A DNA stretch of 64,000 nucleotides from Macrostomum lignano (taxonomy: Eukaryota), in the NCBI GenBank assembly GCA_002269645.1, contig NIVC01003924.1:1-64000 (forward strand). The letters are read 5' to 3'. The position numbers and the translations under genes are program-made. The notes under the pieces are model-generated. The model was not told where the DNA came from. It made no database searches and saw only the letters and a program-made list of their open reading frames with translations. Below are positions 60,286-64,000 of this stretch, piece after piece (position 1 is the first letter of the stretch; every line of letters starts with the position of its first letter).

Positions 60286-61316
60286 CTGTGGATTGTGGGT
60301 GGGAGACTCTCGTGAGCAAAGGTTGCTTTGAAGGGCAGGGCAGCTCGGTGGTAAAAGCGCGTCTGGACTCTCGCGCCACGACCCCTGGTTCGAGTCCGTG
60401 CTAGGCCGCATTCATTTGGGGTTTGTGTGTGCACGAAAATTGGCCAGGGGGATGCTGTGCGATTCACACCCATGAGGGCCAAACCCCAAGGCACCGAGAG
60501 TGTACATGCCTGACGATTAGAACGTCAAAGGGCCGCTGTGCACCCTGTGTGAGCGTGTGCCCGCGTGCACTGTGACGAAACTCTTTCGACGACATCGTCC
60601 CACAACCAGCGCTGAGTCAATTCGATCTCTGAGCACATGCAAGTGCGCCAATACTGTACGCAGACACGCACTCAGTCACACGGTCACACAGGGCTTGGTG
60701 ACGTTTTTCTTTAAAGACCTTCCTAATCGTGTGTTTTTGTTGCTGTTCAGTCGAGGACATGATGTTTTTCCTGCAGAAAACTCCACCTTAACGAGTGAAC
60801 GAACGAAGGATGGAAATCCTGACTCGCCGCGCTCCGCACAAAAAATGAGTGGAAAATTGGATCAAAGTTCGTATTGTTAATTAGCAAGTTGATTTCCTGA
60901 TAGCAGCTGTCTGGTAAGTTGCGATGTAAGCACGTTGGTTAATTATTTTCCTTCTTGTGAAGATGCTAAAAGTACAAATCCTTATTTAGACCTCGCAGTC
61001 CAAGGCAAAGCAGGCTGCTCTACCGGGCTTTTGAATCGATCTCATAGATTTTTCGATTCACACCTGTCTAATAGACTCACTTGGACAACTCAAGCAGAAG
61101 GACGCTGCACTCTCATAAAGTCTGTAAAGACCTGAAGAATTGGTTGCATTAATAACAGAGCTCGCTGAGCACTGAGGTAGGTGTAAATAATATATTGAGT
61201 GCAAAAGCATTGGTGATAAGTTGAATTGAGCTTCGAACAGATGATCGGCACTGGTCTGTCGAGAAAATTTGTAAATTCTGACTCAAGCTCGCACATAGAA
61301 TGAGCTGCTTCTTACC

Positions 61317-62085
61317 TGAACGGCCATCACCAGGCAGAACATGACCACCTGCGACAGCGGCGAGATGAACATCGGCCGTTTAATAGTCTTCCTGCCCGCG
61401 CGGAAGATTCTCTCGATCCGGTTGGTCTTGATCAGCAGGGCGGAGTAGCAGACTGAGAAGGCAAAGCCGACTCCGAACTGCTGCATGCCGCACAGCCAGC
61501 CAGTGGGCTTAGCGCACAGCACGAAGGTCATGGCGTAGCAGAGCAGGATGCCCAGCAGCAGCAGGAACGACAGCTCCTTGCCGGACGCCTTAACCACGGC
61601 GGTCTCCCTGAAGCGGACGAACACGGCCAAGGCGAAGCACGTGACCAGCACGCCGATGGAGGCGAACGCCAGGGCCGCGGCCGCGATCGGGTGGTCGTAG
61701 GTCAGGTACTCCAAGGCGATGTCCTCGCAGCGTGATCGATCCAATGACGGGCGTTGGCCTTCTTTACAGTCGACGCACTGCTCGCGGTCGGCGCTGACGA
61801 TGGCGTACTCGCCGCACTCGACGCAGACCCAGCAGCGGCACTCGCCCGGGTTGATCTGCCGCTTGGCGCCGACCTGGCAGGCCGGCTGGCAGGCTGACAA
61901 TGGTGGAGCGGCGGCGCCGCCGCGAAACCTCAGCAGGTCGGGCTCCAGACGCAGCCGCTCGTTGTCGTACAGGCCGACCTGGACCCACTCGTAGCCGGAG
62001 GGGCTCTTCTGAAAATTGAGCACCCTGTAGCGAGGCGGGCCGTCCGAGTTGAACTGAGTGAACTCGAAGTTCATGCCAGTCAGGC
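61317..62085 (-). CDS. GRM: Metabotropic glutamate receptor exon (end of Venus flytrap, cysteine-rich domain, TM1-TM4)
   Basis: CQPACQ...CRCWVCVEC...CVDC...C; VVKASGKELS; LIKTNRIERIF; CAG|GTAAG donor. The acceptor position (GACAG) is inferred. Confidence 0.9.
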
Positions 62086-62417
62086 CTGTCAATGGGGCAT
62101 TGTAGAGTTTTTCTAGTAGTATATTATCTAGACTAGAAGGACGCAGCACTTTCAAATCGTGGAAAAAAATCCAAGGCCGATTATTAGAATGTCTGTATCT
62201 CCGAATCGATTCCTTGCAGGTTACTTTTCTCGTCAGATTGTTCAGATATTTGTCCCCTACCAAGCAAGTCATTAATTTATTTTCAAACTAGATGTAGGTG
62301 CAAGAAAAATCCTGAACAATGGAGACACTCTATATTTAGGTGCGTTTGGTAGTCAAGTCTTTAATTTTAAGGAAGCAATAAAGTAGCCGAAAACATAGAC
62401 TCAATTTTTTGTTAATA

Positions 62418-63411
62418 TACCTTTTCAACTTCGGAGTCGTCAAAAGTGAGTTCAAATTCGTCAGCGTATGCAAAACTGTATAGCGCTCAAGGGGAAGAGA
62501 ATGAGTGTCTATGGTAAATTTTTAGAGAAAGTGACTTCGAATTTGTCTAAGTAAGTGAAATTCGTCAGTGCAAATACAGCCTGATCAGAAAAAGTGTTTG
62601 CTTTGTCCATGGTAAGAAAAGAAGATTTCTATGGTAAATTTAAGTAAGAAAAAGAGTGAAGTTCGTCTGTGGAAAAGTATCCGAATTTCTTGAAATCTTC
62701 ATGTCATGCTTTGATTGGTGTCAGAGATGCTCTACATGAGAATTTCGTCTGTGGATCGCTCTAGATTCGTGCGATGTTTTCAACAAGGACGAGACTGGAG
62801 ACAACTCGCAATTGAACTGGATATGAAGAGGACAACTGCCAGTGACATCATCAGGAGATATGTATATGAGGGTAGGATTGATCTTAACGCGTGTGGCGGT
62901 GCAGTGAGACCAAAGTTTTCTGAGGAGATGCTCGGGGCGTTGACGAGGTATGTGGAAGAGAAGCCGACTGTGACCCTCAAGAAATGCAGCAAAAAGCTTG
63001 TTGGAGATTTTCCTGCTGCTCCTGCTGTGACAACACAGGCAATCAGTCGTCGGCTTGACGGGACTTTGTGCGTTACATTGGCTGTTTGTTGTCATGTAGG
63101 GCATCTCTGACAACAATCAAAGCATGAAATGAAGATTTCAGGAAATTGGGCTACTTTTCCACAGACGAACTTCAACTCACTTTCTTACTTAAATTTACCA
63201 TAAACACCTTTTCTTACCATGGACAAAGCAAACACTTTTTCTGATCAGGCTGTATTTGCACTGACGAATTTCACTTACTTAGACGAATTCGAAGTCACTT
63301 TCTCTAAAAACTTACCATAGACACTCCTTCTCTTCCCCTTGAGCGCTATATAGTTTTGCATACGCTGACGAATTTGAACTCACTTTTGACGACTCCGAAG
63401 TTGAAAAGGTA
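62418..63411 (+). mobile_element. Non-autonomous Tc1/IS630-like DNA transposon (~1 kb) with ~260-bp TIRs and TA duplication, in an mGluR intron
   Basis: TIRs at 62418-62679 and 63152-63411 (TACCTTTTCAAC...GTTGAAAAGGTA), flanked by TA; internal ORF ~62736-63110 encodes only the paired-like HTH DNA-binding region, with no DDE domain. Confidence 0.88.
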
Positions 63412-64000
63412 TATAATAGTACGCTCGTAGTCTCATTACCAGAGACGTGTTTCTGAAAATATTTGAAGCCTAGAGACCATATACAGGAGCCGAACACATT
63501 GGTCCATTTCCTTGAAAATCTGTCTCACAAGATGCCCAGTCATTCTAAAAAATGAGTGAGCAAAAAAAGTCAATAAACACTTTTAAAACAATAAAGACTT
63601 CTCTTCTGATTCTGACACGAATCCAGAGTGTAACGTCCTTCTGTAACCAAGTGTTCCTAGTGGTCTTTGTACCTACTATGGCAGCTCAAGATGTACTTGA
63701 ATAGTTCCTCAGTTGAGTGCTAGCAGTGCAAGGCCATAACTCTCGTACTCGTATCTCGCAGCTCTTCAGATAGCACTCGTATTTCTTCGATCGGGGGGGG
63801 GGCGGCTATTCATTCTTTTATCAGCTGCTCTGCATCAATTTTCAGCAATCTGGACTTGCAGGCCTCTATTCAGCTATTGTAGAGATAATCTGCATCAAGC
63901 AGCAACTATGGGGATTACTAAGGGAATTGCGATCGAGTCCCTCTGCTAGCCGTTGCTATTTGTTTCGTTAGGCGCGCGCTCTGGAGAAACAGAATTAGAT

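Overview
This is animal genomic DNA, not prokaryotic: it has spliceosomal GT-AG introns and is very rich in mini- and microsatellites. The protocadherin tail and overall style suggest a lophotrochozoan, possibly a Macrostomum-like flatworm, but that is inference only. There are two host genes, both on the minus strand: a 7-coding-exon protocadherin (1509-17218) and the 3' exons of a metabotropic glutamate receptor (59246-62085). The main feature is a 14.7 kb Polinton/Maverick (adintovirus-like) provirus at 20260-34988, with 104-bp TIRs (AGTAGT...ACTACT) and a 6-bp CTAACT duplication, inserted in an (AACT)n microsatellite. All recognised element genes are on the + strand. The virion and integration module is intact: PLA2-domain protein, packaging ATPase, minor capsid, major capsid, adenain-like protease, core-like proteins, and an rve integrase with chromodomain. 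The protein-primed PolB has lost its centre by internal deletion. The left arm carries unusual cargo: a divergent TATA-binding-protein-like gene, a spliced putative ssDNA-binding protein, a dUTPase and a signal-peptide ORF. The most interesting candidate system is an element-encoded TBP-like factor together with a TATAAG(C) motif recurring upstream of the structural genes, a possible late-transcription switch. The TBP-like reading frame also lacks a genomic start codon for its N-terminal part and begins right after a splice acceptor, as expected if a flatworm spliced-leader AUG supplies the start. All protein assignments come from motif recognition by eye; no database searches were run.
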